Below are positions 10,635 through 22,486 of a DNA stretch of 64,000 bases, piece after piece. This DNA comes from Bdellovibrionota bacterium. Its GTDB lineage: Bacteria > Bdellovibrionota_G > JALEGL01 > JAGRMV01. The stretch is from assembly GCA_041391405.1 (NCBI GenBank), contig JAWKOB010000007.1, positions 845 through 64,844 on the forward strand, in the 5' to 3' direction. The position numbers and the translations under genes were made by a program. Every line of letters begins with the position of its first letter. The first letter of the stretch is position 1. A model generated the notes under the pieces. The model worked only from the letters and a program-made list of their open reading frames with translations, ran no database searches and was not told where the DNA came from.

Positions 10635-12146
10635 GTGGATCAACAAACCGACATTGAACGAACGCTACAAAATTTAACCAAGCTGTTTGTCGAACAGGAA
10701 CTAAATAAAAAATTTAACCTGAATATGGATGGAATCGAGAAAAAGCCGATCAAACACGGGGACTGTTCAGTATTCTTGGAACTTGCGGACAAAATCAAAG
10801 GCAATGTAGCGATCATGAATTTGTACGATGAGACTGAGGAAACTTTTGATCCGATCGCCTATATTTTCGATCACATCCTTTATTACTATTTCGACTCCTT
10901 TGACTTGGTTTCTTCTTACGAAGGACATTACACAGAAGAATACAATCACGCGTCATCCACCTTGAACTCAGGACTACGACTACTAATCAAAGCGGATTAT
11001 TATGACAACTGGGCCAGAAAAATTGATGGGAAAACCGTGCCTGCGCGCAATCCGCAATATCTCGTCGTAGAACACTCTCCGGAATACTTAGAAAAAATTC
11101 TTCCAAGAAAAACTCGAATCTACAAAGTCAACGACATGAATGTTCGTGAACATAAATATAGGGATGCATTGGCTGAATTAAGCAATTCAAAATCAGCAGA
11201 ACTCACTGTTCGATTTTGGGATGAATCTCAAAACACCTACAGCAAAGAAGTTAATGTCATGGTTGAGTTCCATAAAAACGAAAATTCACGTGAAATTTCA
11301 TACACACATTTAAAACTGGGGCAAAACATCGCCTACATTCAAATTCCAACCTTCCTAAAGCAAAACTTGGAAAAGGAATTATTCAAGTCTTGGATCGAAT
11401 ACATACAGACCGTATCCAGCAATTCCCAAGGTACAATCATCGATTTGAGAAACAACGGTGGTGGTCGTGCCTACGAAGCCGCAAAAATTTTGGGGACCAT
11501 TCTGCCTGAGAATGCTGTTATTTCACATTACATTCAAAAAAACCCCGTTTCCAACGCTCACGAGCTCAAATCCAACACCATTGAAGATCATTTCCCGATT
11601 CACTTTGGCAAGATTATCGTTTTGATCAATTCTCATAGCGCAAGTGCTTCCGAAGTTTTCGCACAAGCCATCAAAGATTATCGCGCAGGTATTGTCGTGG
11701 GTGAACGAAGTATCGGAAAGGGCATCGGACAAAATTCGCTGCAAATCGCCGAACCTCATCTTCAAGGTGAAGCATCGCTTACAAATTTTTATGTTTTTTC
11801 GCCCCGAGGAGATACTTGGTATCAACGAGGTGTGATTCCAGATATCGAAGTTTTGGAACCTTCCCAACAACGATACGCGTGGAATTTTAGCGATGTGGCA
11901 AAATCGTTGCCTAATCCTTATCCCAACAAACCCAATGTTAATTTTGATGCAGATATCGACATTCGAAATAAGGTTAGTGAGGAAGTCATAGTAAAATTGC
12001 GTGACTTCAAGAAAGACTCAGCCAATGAACCTTCCACATGCAAAAAAAGTGTGGATCAATTGACGGAAGAAGAAAGTTGCATCCTTAGCTGGGGCGTATC
12101 GATCATGCAAAAATGGATCGAGCTCGAACCTGAAACCCAAGGTTAA
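10635..12146 (+). CDS. S41-family (C-terminal processing/tail-specific-like) serine peptidase
   Basis: IIDLRNNGGGRAYEAAKILG and INSHSASASEVFAQAIKDYRAGIVVGERSIGKG. A same-frame upstream segment from ATG 10431 encodes a signal peptide (MLLKSSRIFILSLLLIQAVGA) but is interrupted by TGA at 10575-10577. Confidence 0.75.
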   Translation: MDQQTDIERTLQNLTKLFVEQELNKKFNLNMDGIEKKPIKHGDCSVFLELADKIKGNVAIMNLYDETEETFDPIAYIFDHILYYYFDSFDLVSSYEGHYTEEYNHASSTLNSGLRLLIKADYYDNWARKIDGKTVPARNPQYLVVEHSPEYLEKILPRKTRIYKVNDMNVREHKYRDALAELSNSKSAELTVRFWDESQNTYSKEVNVMVEFHKNENSREISYTHLKLGQNIAYIQIPTFLKQNLEKELFKSWIEYIQTVSSNSQGTIIDLRNNGGGRAYEAAKILGTILPENAVISHYIQKNPVSNAHELKSNTIEDHFPIHFGKIIVLINSHSASASEVFAQAIKDYRAGIVVGERSIGKGIGQNSLQIAEPHLQGEASLTNFYVFSPRGDTWYQRGVIPDIEVLEPSQQRYAWNFSDVAKSLPNPYPNKPNVNFDADIDIRNKVSEEVIVKLRDFKKDSANEPSTCKKSVDQLTEEESCILSWGVSIMQKWIELEPETQG

Positions 12147-12466
12147 CGGTAGTCGGGAATCTGCTCGAGAAGTTCTTCGATTTCCGGAATCATGCCCATG
12201 TGATTTTGACGTGCTGCGAGTTCTTTCGCTGTGTGCAAAGAATCTCTGGCCTGGCTGTACTGTTCCGATTTCATCAAGCACTCCCCAAGCATGATGTGAA
12301 CCACCAAATAATCCGGTTTCAAATGCAATATTTCCTGGCAGGCTGTGGTGCATTCCGTCCACATCTCGTGTTCATGGTACATTTTGGCCAAAACAAAGCG
12401 ATCCAGGACATTTTTCGGATGTTTTTCGATTCGGGAAAGCAAATCTTGCAAACGTTTTTGATCCAT
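12143..12466 (-). CDS. Small TPR-like repeat protein
   Basis: 107 aa intact ORF with TPR-like helices (FVLAKMYHEHEMWTECTTACQEILHLKPDYLVVHIMLGECLMKSEQYSQA). Confidence 0.55.
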   Translation of the reverse strand: MDQKRLQDLLSRIEKHPKNVLDRFVLAKMYHEHEMWTECTTACQEILHLKPDYLVVHIMLGECLMKSEQYSQARDSLHTAKELAARQNHMGMIPEIEELLEQIPDYR

Positions 12467-12513
12467 GATGAAAAGTAGTATAGTCGTTTAACCCCAACTC
12501 ACAAGAGGCTTTC

Positions 12514-13335
12514 ATGAGATTTTTGCTCGCAACCTTTCTCGCTTTCACATTGGTTTCCTGCGCCAATCACAAAGCTCCGAATTCACCGGCAACCGGTGAA
12601 AAAATGGTGAAAATGGATCCGAATTTCGAATTTCTTCCGGCCAATGTCGAAACCGCATTGGGAGAAGCAATTCACATTCGAATTCTCAAGACCTACAAAA
12701 ATCTGGATGTATCGGAGGAATTCAAAACTTATGCAAACGAGATCACCAAAAAAGTAGGTGAAAATTCTCACCGTTCTCAATTGAAATATGAAGTGTCTTA
12801 TTTGGATACGAAAGAAATTTTGGCTTTTGGTTTGCCGGGTGGGAAAGTTTTACTGTCGAAAGGTTATCTCGACATCGTAAGAAATGAATCTGAATTTGCC
12901 AATCTGATTGCCAACCAAGTGGCTCACATCGCCAATCAACATTTGATCCATGATCTTTTCAAAGACGCAGAACATGCAAAATATCTCGAAAAAGGAGAAG
13001 TCACGGAGCGTGCCACGCAGCAAGCTGTTTTCATTTTGTTTGAACTCGGGTTCACTACGGCATTTATCAACACAGCTGACCGCTTGGCACCCACCTATGC
13101 CATGCACATCGGTTACGATATCAATGGTCTATTGAATCTTCTTGAGCGTGTGAATGAATCGATGTCCAAAAGCGGAAAATATGGAAAATCTGATCTGACA
13201 TTCAATATGATCAGTCATCGCACGAGCATGAACAAGGTTTTCGTAAAATCCCTAGAAGCAAAAGACCGGTCCGGATTCCCAAAATCAGAAGATCGATTCG
13301 CTATGATGTTCAAAAAATCAAACCCGTTCCAGTGA
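12514..13335 (+). CDS. M48-like lipoprotein with degenerate zinc motif
   Basis: Lipobox FTLVSC. EILAFGLPGGKVLLSKGYL...EFANLIANQVAHIANQH resembles the M48 (BepA/LoiP-like) core, but HExxH is replaced by HIANQH. Confidence 0.55.
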   Translation: MRFLLATFLAFTLVSCANHKAPNSPATGEKMVKMDPNFEFLPANVETALGEAIHIRILKTYKNLDVSEEFKTYANEITKKVGENSHRSQLKYEVSYLDTKEILAFGLPGGKVLLSKGYLDIVRNESEFANLIANQVAHIANQHLIHDLFKDAEHAKYLEKGEVTERATQQAVFILFELGFTTAFINTADRLAPTYAMHIGYDINGLLNLLERVNESMSKSGKYGKSDLTFNMISHRTSMNKVFVKSLEAKDRSGFPKSEDRFAMMFKKSNPFQ

Positions 13336-13441
13336 AAAAGAAATAAGGGGCGGCCATGACCGATGAAAAAAACAAAAAGACTATTGGGACAAACCAACCT
13401 GGTCGGAAAGAGACGCAGCCAACAAAGCCAAGGAACAAGGC

Positions 13442-13849
13442 TTGGCTCCTGGAAAAGTGGCCAAACCCAACAGCCGTCAAAAACGTGAAGAAAATCTCGC
13501 CAAAAAGGATCTAGACGATCTTTTCAAACCGAAAATCTCCAAAGAAGAATCCAAAGCTTGGGAAGGGGTGATGAAAGCTTCGTCTTCTGCGTTTTCGCAA
13601 ACGGCTTCCGAATTTGTAGACAAATTCGGGTATCCAAAAAATTGGAACGATCAAATCAAATTGCTCGATCACAACGATGCAGAATTCGTCGGCAGTCTAT
13701 TGACCGATATGAAATCTCATTTGGCAGAGCAAACTCCAACCAAGAAGGAACTGTTTCAGGGCAAATTAAAAGTTCTTTTGGCAGCATGCGACGACTACGC
13801 TTTGAGCAAACAAATCCAGTCGATTCTTGCATCAGAATTTCCCTCGTAG
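13442..13849 (+). CDS. Lys-rich hypothetical protein
   Basis: ORF with no recognisable domain. The probable true start is ATG 13356 (MTDEK...), joined through an A-homopolymer indel. Confidence 0.4.
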   Translation: MAPGKVAKPNSRQKREENLAKKDLDDLFKPKISKEESKAWEGVMKASSSAFSQTASEFVDKFGYPKNWNDQIKLLDHNDAEFVGSLLTDMKSHLAEQTPTKKELFQGKLKVLLAACDDYALSKQIQSILASEFPS

Positions 13850-13853
13850 TTGT

Positions 13854-16722
13854 ATGGCTGTTGGATTTCAAAAGCTTTATTTTTCATTCGACGCCACTGC
13901 ACTTCAAGAATCGTTCCTTGACGAAATTAGCCAATCTCAGAGGGATTTGGCTCCAATCCACGTTCTAATTCCGAATTATTACGTAGCTGCACATTTAAGG
14001 CATTTGATCGCACAGAAAAAAGCTTTGCTTAACATTCGATTCATCACGACACGCGATCTATCTAAATTTTTACTTCGAACAGAAGAGCCGTTTCTGTCCA
14101 AAATTCAAATGACCCCTGAAATGGAGCAATTTCACATCGGATCCATCGCAAAGAAAGTTTTGCGCGGCACAGAATTGGAAATCATCAGCAACAAACGTGG
14201 TTTTCATCAAAACATGAAAAATATTTTTCATCACTAGATATGACAGCGATCCAACAAAATTCCAGCAGTCAACTCCAAAACCCAATTCCTCAACCAAATT
14301 TTCCAGGAATATCTGAAATTAAAAGACAATTTTTACAATGACCCATGGTTGGTCGAAGCTTCTTCCATGATTGACTCAGCTGATATTTCGAGACTTTACA
14401 TTTTTGGAATCACGAAGTTTTCCCCGCTGGAAATGCGCTGGTTGCATCAAATTGCAAAAAACTCTCGGATTAATTTTTGGATGGAACGTGGTTTTTTTGA
14501 GGATCATCAAGATGAAATTTTCACATGGGCCGGTGAAACTTTCGATCAAGCAAGTGACTGTATCCGGAAGTCATATTCATCGTCAGATGAATATGAAGCG
14601 GGGACTGTCACTGTCCAACCTTGCACCAACATTCAAGACGAATCAGCCTGGATCGCTCAGAAAATTTTGACGTCAAAAAATAGTCTTCATCGAACAGCGA
14701 TTTTTCTCAACGATTTTCGAAATCAAAGAACGTACATTGAACATTCTCTTAAACAATTCCATATTCCTTACGTTGTTTATGGCGGTGAACCGTTGAGCGC
14801 AACACCTTTGGGGCAGGCTCTCGAACAATTGACTGAACTTTTTTTCCAAAACTGGAAAAGAGATTCCTGGATTCGTTTTTTACAGTCATTTCCATTCAAT
14901 CCTCAGCTTGTAGAAAAAAATGGAACACCCGATCAATGGAACCAGTGGACCATTCGGGCAAATATCACAGATAAGAACACTTTATTTATTCAACGATTGG
15001 AACATCTGGCGAAAATTCAACCTGATTCAAAACTACAAGCTTTCATTGATTGGCAAAGAGAACTTCTTTCCTCTTTGAATAAAATTGAGCGATCATTTTC
15101 CAACGACTCCACGATGTTTTTCAAAAATTTATTCGATTGGGTTCAATCTCATGCGCATATTGACCAAATAGCCGATGAATTTTCTGTGTTTTTCGATGAC
15201 TTGATTTATTTTTCAAAAAATTCGATCGCGCTGGAGTGGAATGAAATCAAGCCTATTATCGTGGAAAAACTTCATGCTCCTGCAATACAGAACAAAGTAT
15301 TTGAATCGGACGGCGTATTTATAGCTCCTATCCACGTTATGCCGGGTTTATCTTTTGACACGATATTCTTTCCACACATGAATGAGGGCTACTTTCCAAA
15401 GCCGTCGTCGCAAAATTTCGATATTACTTCTCAAGAAATGTTCAAAATTTCTCAAATTTTGCGAATCAAATTTCCATCCGCAGAAAATGATTTCAATCTT
15501 CAGAAAGTTTTGTTCGATACAGCGATCTCCAGGACCATGAATCTTTTCATTTCTTATGCTTTGACGTCACTTCCAAATCAGGAAGAACTTCGACCTTCGG
15601 TTTTCATTCACGATTTTTCAAAAGAGAAGATGTTTATTCCACACATCAAATTTACATCTTCGGCAAAATTCGATTCAAACTTTTCCAAGCAGGTTGAAAA
15701 ATATGTCGCGGAATCACGAACCAAATCATGGTCTGAATACAACGCCCTGATCAGCAGTCCCCAAAGAAAAAGTCATACTCTTCGCGCGACATTCAGTTGT
15801 ATTTGACGTGCCCTCGACAATATTATTTATCGCAGGTGCTTCGCCTGTCAGTCGAAGATTATCCTGAAGATCAATTTCAAGTGAACCCTTTGGATAAGGA
15901 AATCTAGTTCATGAAATTCTTTTTAAGATATTTTCCAGACTCAAATCTGAACAACTTTTTCCTTTGGAATCCAAAAATGAAAAAAATCATTGATGTGGCT
16001 ACATCTGTAGCCCATGCATGTTTTGATCGATTTGTATTAGCTCATGCTTACGGTTCCGAAGAATTGTGGAACATTGACCGTGATGAACTTCTTCATGATG
16101 TCACTCAATACATGAAGCATGAAATCAAAGAAGGAAAGTATTGGATTCCATATGCTCTAGAATACCGATTTGGCATGCCTTCCAGGGGTGACGATGAGGA
16201 TATTCGATCAACCGAGTCCCAGTCGAACTCCCTGTTTTGGGAAAACATCTCGCTTTTCGAGGAAAGGTCGATCGAATCGATCTTTCGCCTGATAAAAAGC
16301 AAATGCGAATCATTGATTATAAAACGGGCGCCTTTAAGCATGTGAATTGGAATTACGAAAAGGGCACGAACCTGCAAATTCCATTGTATATGCTTTTATC
16401 GAAGAATTTCTTTCCTGATATTGAGCCGGAAAGAATTGAAGGTTCATTGGTACATGTCAAATCGTTTTCAAAATTCGATCGAAGAACGCTGCCTCATGAA
16501 AATTTAGTTGAGGCCGAAGAAAAAATTCTGGAACTTTTGGATTTGGCTGACGATGGAATCAATCAAGGAAAGTTTTACCCAAATTCCGGATATGGAAAAT
16601 CAAATTGTCGTCTTTGCGATTTTCGACCTTTCTGTGGGGATAACATAGACCGCGACATTGAATCCATTCCAGTGGATGAATTCATGAACCAATATAGAGA
16701 AAGGAAGGAGTCCATCAAATGA
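13854..16722 (+). CDS. addB: AddB-type helicase-nuclease subunit B (PD-(D/E)XK nuclease with Fe-S cysteines), at least 3 apparent frameshifts
   Basis: Four consecutive ORF pieces (13827-14237, 14349-15806, 15911-16345, 16237-16722). The C-terminus has RIIDYKTG...IPLY and CRLCDFRPFCG. It sits immediately upstream of addA and overlaps it. Confidence 0.7.
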
Positions 16723-19700
16723 TGATGCCTTCCGATCAAATCAATCGTACCCGCGTCATCGAGGAAGTCGATCGCACCATTTCTGTATTTGCCGGTGCAG
16801 GCACGGGAAAAACGACCCTTTTGACAAAACGTTATCTATCACTTCTTCAGCAAAAAAAGGTTTCTCCCAAGCAAATCGTTGCGATCACCTTCACCATCAA
16901 AGCCGCAGGAGAGCTTCGTGAACGAATTTTGGATGGATTGAAAAAAGAGGGTTTGCAACATCTCACTGCTGCCGTTGAAACTTCACCGATCGGGACGATT
17001 CACTCGTTCTGTGCCAATATCTTGCGACAATTCGCCCTGGAAGCGAATTTGGATCCACAATTTGCAGTCATCAGTGAGCTTGAACATCGCACTTTTTTGA
17101 ACGATGCTTTTCAATCCTGGTTTATTCAGTCTCTCTCCACGCACGCCCATATTTTCAAAAAAACCAGAGCTGCGGAAATATCATTTTCCAAGATCAGGCA
17201 GTTGGCATCAAGATTTTATGATTACAGGGATCTTCTCCCAAAAATCACCGTTAATCCGATAACTATCGAACCAGAAAGCTTGAAAAGTTTGATGTCCGAA
17301 GTGAATGAACTTTATCAATTTGCGATGCAAAAATGCAACGATCAGGAAGACAAGGGTTTCACAGTCATTCATCACTTCAATCAAACGCTTCTATCCCTGC
17401 AGAATATGGATTTTGATTCCCAGATCGAATCCTTAATGCGCGAAAAATTACCCAAATCTCCCGGTGTGCAAAAAAATTGGAGCTCACCCAATGATTGCAA
17501 GGAATTCAAGGCCAACTATGAATTGATGCGTGAAAAATTTCTGAGAATCCAGCAGGCCTATGCAAAAAATCTTTTTTTAGATTTGATTGAATGGATCAAA
17601 GGGTATGTCGATCATGTTGAGAAAGAAAAACAAAGTCGATCACTTCTCGATTTTTCAGATCTGCTTTTGCTTACCCGTGAATTGCTGCGCAGCAATTCAT
17701 CGGTACGCAACGAACTTCAACAACAATTTCAATATTTTTTGATCGATGAATTCCAAGACACCGATCCCATTCAAGCTGAAATATTTTGGACACTGGCCAG
17801 AGATGAAAATCGTTTTGATTCCAAAAAAAATTGGGACGATCAACCTTTGGTCACTGGAAAACTTTTTACGGTAGGGGACATGAATCAATCCATCTATCGT
17901 TTCAGAGATGCAAGCGTAGAGACCTATCAAAAAGCTGTGGAATCCATTCAAACACAAGGCGAGCTTCTGGATATTCTCCACAATTTCCGTTCTCATCCTC
18001 GAATCATCCAAACCGTGAATGAATTTTTCACGCAAATTCTGCCAAATCAGTTCAAACCGCTGCTAACCCATGACGCTCTGATAACTGAACCTGCCGTACA
18101 TGCGCTTGAAATGAATCAAAGCGTGGAAAGAAAAGATGAATCTCGTGCTCTGGAAGCTCATTGTATCGCTTCGCATATTCGTTATCTGATCGATTCAAAG
18201 ATTCAGATTCAGGATCCAAAAACCAAAATCCAACGAGCTGTGCAATACGGTGATATTTGCCTTCTATTTCCGACGATCAAAACCAGCCTGAGCATCTATC
18301 AAGCAACATTCAGAGAACATGGCATTCCTTTTTTGGCGTACAAAGCTGGATCGTTCTTTGAAACACCTGAAGTTCGTTCCGTCGTTTTGACTCTGACGTC
18401 CCTGTTGTATCCATTCGACAAATTGGCTGTTCCAGCGGCTTTGTCATCTGTTTGGTTTGGATGTTCATTGGATGATTTGACAGCAATCAAAAATCGATTC
18501 GGAACCTTCGACTATCGTGAAATCGAATCAAGCAATGAACTGTCAAAAAAACATCCCCAAATCAAGGTTTTGAAAGAACTTCACGATGGCATTTTAAAAC
18601 TTTCCCCAGTTCAGTTTATGGATGAATTCTTGGCTCATACACATGCCATGGATCATGCGGATTTCCATGCCAATGCTTCGCAAGTGAAAGAAAATTTGAA
18701 AAAGCTTTCCTGGATGGCTCACGATTTTGAAGTAAATCATTCCAAAAATATCGGTGAGTTTTATAAATGGATTGCCCATTTGTCGGAACAATCGAATGAT
18801 ACAACTGAAGCCACTCCTTCCGACGAAACCAACTCGATTCAAATGATGACGATTCACACGTCCAAAGGTTTGGAATTTCCGATCGTATTCTTGGCCAATT
18901 TCGTCTCAAGAATTCAAGAAACTTCCCCTGTGTATGCAAATCGTTTCAATCAAAAGTTGGAGATTCGAATCGGTGACAAGGAAACATTGTATCGAACGGA
19001 AGGTTTCGATGAATTGGCCGAACAAGAAAAAGTCCACATGATGGATGAAAAAAAACGTTTGTTATATGTCGCCATGACACGTGCGCGGGATATCATCGTC
19101 GTTCCATCGACCTTGGAAGCCGATGGATATCAAGAATTGCTTGAACCTTTGATGGAACAAGCACACAAATTCAAATCATTCGATTACAGCAAATCTGTTG
19201 GAAATCCTGTCGCAAGTTTCAAGGATCGAAAGACCTTTGAAAAGCAATATGCTTCCACAGACATCATCCATACTGCATCGATAGCAAATATTCCTAAAGG
19301 TTATCCGCGTACGACAGCCACAGAAAAAAAGGAAGACGTCGTTGTTCGTTCCGAAAACAAATATCCTTTCATCCAACGACCTAAGCTCGGTATCGCATTT
19401 CATGCATACGTTGAACGCTCAACGCAATCGATCATTCAATCCAATTTGATCCATCAAATTGTCGTTGAAACCGGAATTGAGCACCAAAAAGATGATTTGA
19501 GGGATTTGGTAAAAACTTATTTGAGCAGCGATCTTTATCATCGAATTCAAAAATCGAAACAGATCCTCAAGGAAGTCCCGTTTTCATATTTCAAAGGTGA
19601 TGTTCTATTTGAAGGATATATCGATCTGATGTTTGAAGAAGCCGATGGTTGGGTTGTGGTTGATCTAAAAACGGATCGAATATCCCCCAATGATCTTCAA

Positions 19701-19820
19701 AGCCGAGCTAAATTTTACAAAAATCAACTGGACATCTACCAATTAGCAATCGAAGAACTGGGAATTCAGCTCAAAGGCAGGATTTTGTACTTTGTAAGGT
19801 TGGATAAAATGGTGGAATAA
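16719..19820 (+). CDS. addA: AddA-type UvrD/Rep-family helicase with C-terminal PD-(D/E)XK nuclease
   Basis: Walker A FAGAGTGKTTLL, DEFQDTD, TIHTSKGLEFP, RLLYVAMTRAR. C-terminal nuclease motif EGYIDLMFEEADGWVVVDLKTDR. Intact 1033 aa. Confidence 0.85.
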   Translation: MMMPSDQINRTRVIEEVDRTISVFAGAGTGKTTLLTKRYLSLLQQKKVSPKQIVAITFTIKAAGELRERILDGLKKEGLQHLTAAVETSPIGTIHSFCANILRQFALEANLDPQFAVISELEHRTFLNDAFQSWFIQSLSTHAHIFKKTRAAEISFSKIRQLASRFYDYRDLLPKITVNPITIEPESLKSLMSEVNELYQFAMQKCNDQEDKGFTVIHHFNQTLLSLQNMDFDSQIESLMREKLPKSPGVQKNWSSPNDCKEFKANYELMREKFLRIQQAYAKNLFLDLIEWIKGYVDHVEKEKQSRSLLDFSDLLLLTRELLRSNSSVRNELQQQFQYFLIDEFQDTDPIQAEIFWTLARDENRFDSKKNWDDQPLVTGKLFTVGDMNQSIYRFRDASVETYQKAVESIQTQGELLDILHNFRSHPRIIQTVNEFFTQILPNQFKPLLTHDALITEPAVHALEMNQSVERKDESRALEAHCIASHIRYLIDSKIQIQDPKTKIQRAVQYGDICLLFPTIKTSLSIYQATFREHGIPFLAYKAGSFFETPEVRSVVLTLTSLLYPFDKLAVPAALSSVWFGCSLDDLTAIKNRFGTFDYREIESSNELSKKHPQIKVLKELHDGILKLSPVQFMDEFLAHTHAMDHADFHANASQVKENLKKLSWMAHDFEVNHSKNIGEFYKWIAHLSEQSNDTTEATPSDETNSIQMMTIHTSKGLEFPIVFLANFVSRIQETSPVYANRFNQKLEIRIGDKETLYRTEGFDELAEQEKVHMMDEKKRLLYVAMTRARDIIVVPSTLEADGYQELLEPLMEQAHKFKSFDYSKSVGNPVASFKDRKTFEKQYASTDIIHTASIANIPKGYPRTTATEKKEDVVVRSENKYPFIQRPKLGIAFHAYVERSTQSIIQSNLIHQIVVETGIEHQKDDLRDLVKTYLSSDLYHRIQKSKQILKEVPFSYFKGDVLFEGYIDLMFEEADGWVVVDLKTDRISPNDLQSRAKFYKNQLDIYQLAIEELGIQLKGRILYFVRLDKMVE

Positions 19821-19867
19821 ACCCTCAAAATGAGGTAATAATAACGGCCTGTTAGGGGATTTTTACA

Positions 19868-20541
19868 ATGAAACTTCTTTGCGAATACACCAAGTCCACG
19901 GTCGGACAAAAAACCATTGTTGCGGTGACAGGTTTGATGCTCGTTGGTTTTCTTTTCTTTCACATGCTGGGAAACATTCAAATGTTTGCCGGCGCTGGGG
20001 AAACTCCTGAACTGACTAAAATGAACGAATATGCCGCTCTTTTGAAAAGAGAGCCTGCACTTTTGTGGATGGCACGTCTTGGACTTTTGGCTGCTGCTGC
20101 AGCGCATATTTTATTCACCATCTCGCTTACACGTCGCAATCGCGCATCTCGCCCGGTGAGTTATGCGAACAAAAAAACCTATTCGACCTTACAATCTCGT
20201 ACGATGATTTATGGTGGATTGTTTTTGTTGTTCTACATCATCTATCACTTGATGCATTTCACTCTTGGTACCGTTCACAAGGATTTGCTCCACGGTCATG
20301 ATGTATATCAAAGCGTGGTTGATTCTTTCCAACAACCATCCATTGCAATTGTTTACATTTTGGCAATGGTGTTTTGTTCATGCATCTATTGCATGGCGTA
20401 CAAAGCTTGTTTCAAACCCTTGGTATGACCAATCCAACGCATGTTCAGCTTGCTAAAAAATTGGGATGGATCATTTCCTTGGTGATCTGCGGTGGATTTA
20501 TCTCCATCGTGCTTGGCGTATGGATGGGGTGCATCAGTTAA
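19868..20541 (+). CDS. sdhC: Succinate dehydrogenase cytochrome b558 subunit, frameshift near 20360
   Basis: [26 protein letters not shown]. The C-terminus [20 protein letters not shown]...[10 protein letters not shown] (stop 20539-20541) is in another frame. Confidence 0.8.
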
Positions 20542-20572
20542 TGGCGATCCCGTCGGATCGCATGGAGAAATT

Positions 20573-22486
20573 ATGAAATTAGACGCGAAAATTCCTGCTG
20601 GTGATATCAGAGAAAAATGGGACAAACATAAGTTCAACATGAAGTTGGTGAATCCGGCCAACAAGCGAAAATATAACGTCATTGTCGTGGGAACTGGCCT
20701 GGCAGGCGCTTCGGCAGCGGCCACCATGGGTGAACTCGGATACAATGTTTCTGCATTTTGTTTTCAAGACAGTCCACGTCGCGCACACTCCATTGCCGCT
20801 CAAGGTGGTATCAACGCTGCAAAAAATTATCGTAACGACGGCGACAGCATCTGGAGACTTTTTTATGACACCGTAAAAGGTGGTGATTATCGCGCACGTG
20901 AAGCCAACGTGTATCGTCTGGCTCAAGTGAGCGTGAACATCATCGATCAATGTGTTGCGCAAGGTGTTCCATTCGCGCGTGAATACAGCGGTCTTTTGGA
21001 CAATCGTTCTTTTGGTGGAGCGCAAGTTCAACGTACGTTCTATGCAAAAGGCCAAACCGGTCAGCAATTGTTGATTGGTGCTTATCAAGCCCTTGAGCGT
21101 CAGATCAACGCTGGCACTGTGAAAATGCATACTCGGACGGAAATGCTTGATTTGATCATCGTCGATGGCAAAGCGCGCGGTATCACCGTTCGCAACTTGG
21201 TGACCGGTGAAATCACCACGCACATCGGTGACGCAGTTGTTCTTGCAACGGGCGGATATGGAAACGTGTTCTATCTTTCGACGAACGCCAAAGGTTGCAA
21301 CGTAACCGCGACCTATCGTGCGTTCAAAAAAGGTGCGGGCTTCGCCAATCCATGTTTCACGCAAATTCACCCGACTTGCATTCCTGTATCGGGCGATTAT
21401 CAATCAAAGCTGACACTCATGTCCGAATCGCTTCGCAACGACGGACGAATCTGGGTTCCCAAAAAACAGGGCGATACCCGTCATCCAAATGAAATTCCTG
21501 AAGAAGAACGCGATTACTATTTGGAACGCCGTTATCCAGCATTTGGAAATCTCGTTCCTCGCGACGTTGCTTCCCGTGCAGCCAAAGAGCGCTGTGATGC
21601 CGGATACGGTGTAGGTGAAACCAAACTTGGCGTTTATTTGGACTTCAAAGATGCGATCAATCGTTTGGGTCGTGATGCTGTAGCTGCTCGCTATGGTAAC
21701 CTGTTCGATATGTATTACAAGATCACCGATGAAAATCCATATGAACGGCCGATGAGAATTTATCCGGCCATTCACTACACCATGGGCGGGCTATGGGTGG
21801 ATTACAATTTGATGAGCAACATCGATGGACTCTTTGTCATTGGCGAAGCGAACTTCTCTGACCACGGTGCAAACCGTCTGGGTGCAAGTGCTCTGATGCA
21901 AGGTTTGGCAGATGGTTATTTTATCCTGCCGTATACCATCGGCAATTATTTCGCCTCTAATCCACAAACCAAAGTGGACAACGGGCATCCTGAAGTTCAA
22001 AAATCACTCAGCAGTGTGCAAGCGCGCATCAATCGTTTTCTTGAGATCAAGGGAAAACAAACTGTGGATTCATTTCACCGTCGCCTTGGGAAAATCATGT
22101 GGGACGATTGTGGCATGAGCCGCACGAAGGAAAGCCTCACAGATGCATTGAAGAAAATTCCGGCGCTTCGCGAAGAATTCTGGAGAGATGTATCCGTTAC
22201 AGGTGAAGGCGAAGAGCTGAATCAAAATTTGGAACGTGCTGGTCGTGTCGCTGACTTCTTGGAATTTGGCGAACTTTTGATCCGTGATGCGCTTACCCGC
22301 GAAGAATCATGTGGCGGCCATTTCCGTGAAGAATATCAAACCGATGACGGTGAAGCCAAACGCGATGACGAAAATTTCGCATTTGCTTCAGTCTGGGAAT
22401 ATAAAGGCGACAATGTTGCGCCAGAACTTCACAAAGAAAAACTCGAATTCGAGCATGTGAAGCCATCGCAAAGGAGTTACAAATGA
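20573..22486 (+). CDS. sdhA: Succinate dehydrogenase/fumarate reductase flavoprotein subunit
   Basis: FAD-binding [39 protein letters not shown]. The likely start is [10 protein letters not shown] at 20573, within ORF 20492..22486. Confidence 0.9.
   Translation: MKLDAKIPAGDIREKWDKHKFNMKLVNPANKRKYNVIVVGTGLAGASAAATMGELGYNVSAFCFQDSPRRAHSIAAQGGINAAKNYRNDGDSIWRLFYDTVKGGDYRAREANVYRLAQVSVNIIDQCVAQGVPFAREYSGLLDNRSFGGAQVQRTFYAKGQTGQQLLIGAYQALERQINAGTVKMHTRTEMLDLIIVDGKARGITVRNLVTGEITTHIGDAVVLATGGYGNVFYLSTNAKGCNVTATYRAFKKGAGFANPCFTQIHPTCIPVSGDYQSKLTLMSESLRNDGRIWVPKKQGDTRHPNEIPEEERDYYLERRYPAFGNLVPRDVASRAAKERCDAGYGVGETKLGVYLDFKDAINRLGRDAVAARYGNLFDMYYKITDENPYERPMRIYPAIHYTMGGLWVDYNLMSNIDGLFVIGEANFSDHGANRLGASALMQGLADGYFILPYTIGNYFASNPQTKVDNGHPEVQKSLSSVQARINRFLEIKGKQTVDSFHRRLGKIMWDDCGMSRTKESLTDALKKIPALREEFWRDVSVTGEGEELNQNLERAGRVADFLEFGELLIRDALTREESCGGHFREEYQTDDGEAKRDDENFAFASVWEYKGDNVAPELHKEKLEFEHVKPSQRSYK

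Noticed and set aside
11282-11297. parS-like palindrome AAATTCACGTGAAATT inside the S41 peptidase gene
   Set aside because: Only the 10-12 bp core matches. The outer GTT/AAC positions that define parS are absent, and the site is intragenic.
20579-21403. 274 aa minus-strand ORF
   Set aside because: It is entirely antisense to the well-supported sdhA gene and has no protein-like motifs, so it is a shadow ORF. The same applies to 30441-31178 (antisense to SPFH), 32218-32904 (hemL), 34838-35470 (M1 peptidase), 41149-41784 (gyrB), 48201-48761 (rnpA/yidD/yidC) and 63288-63959 (atpG).
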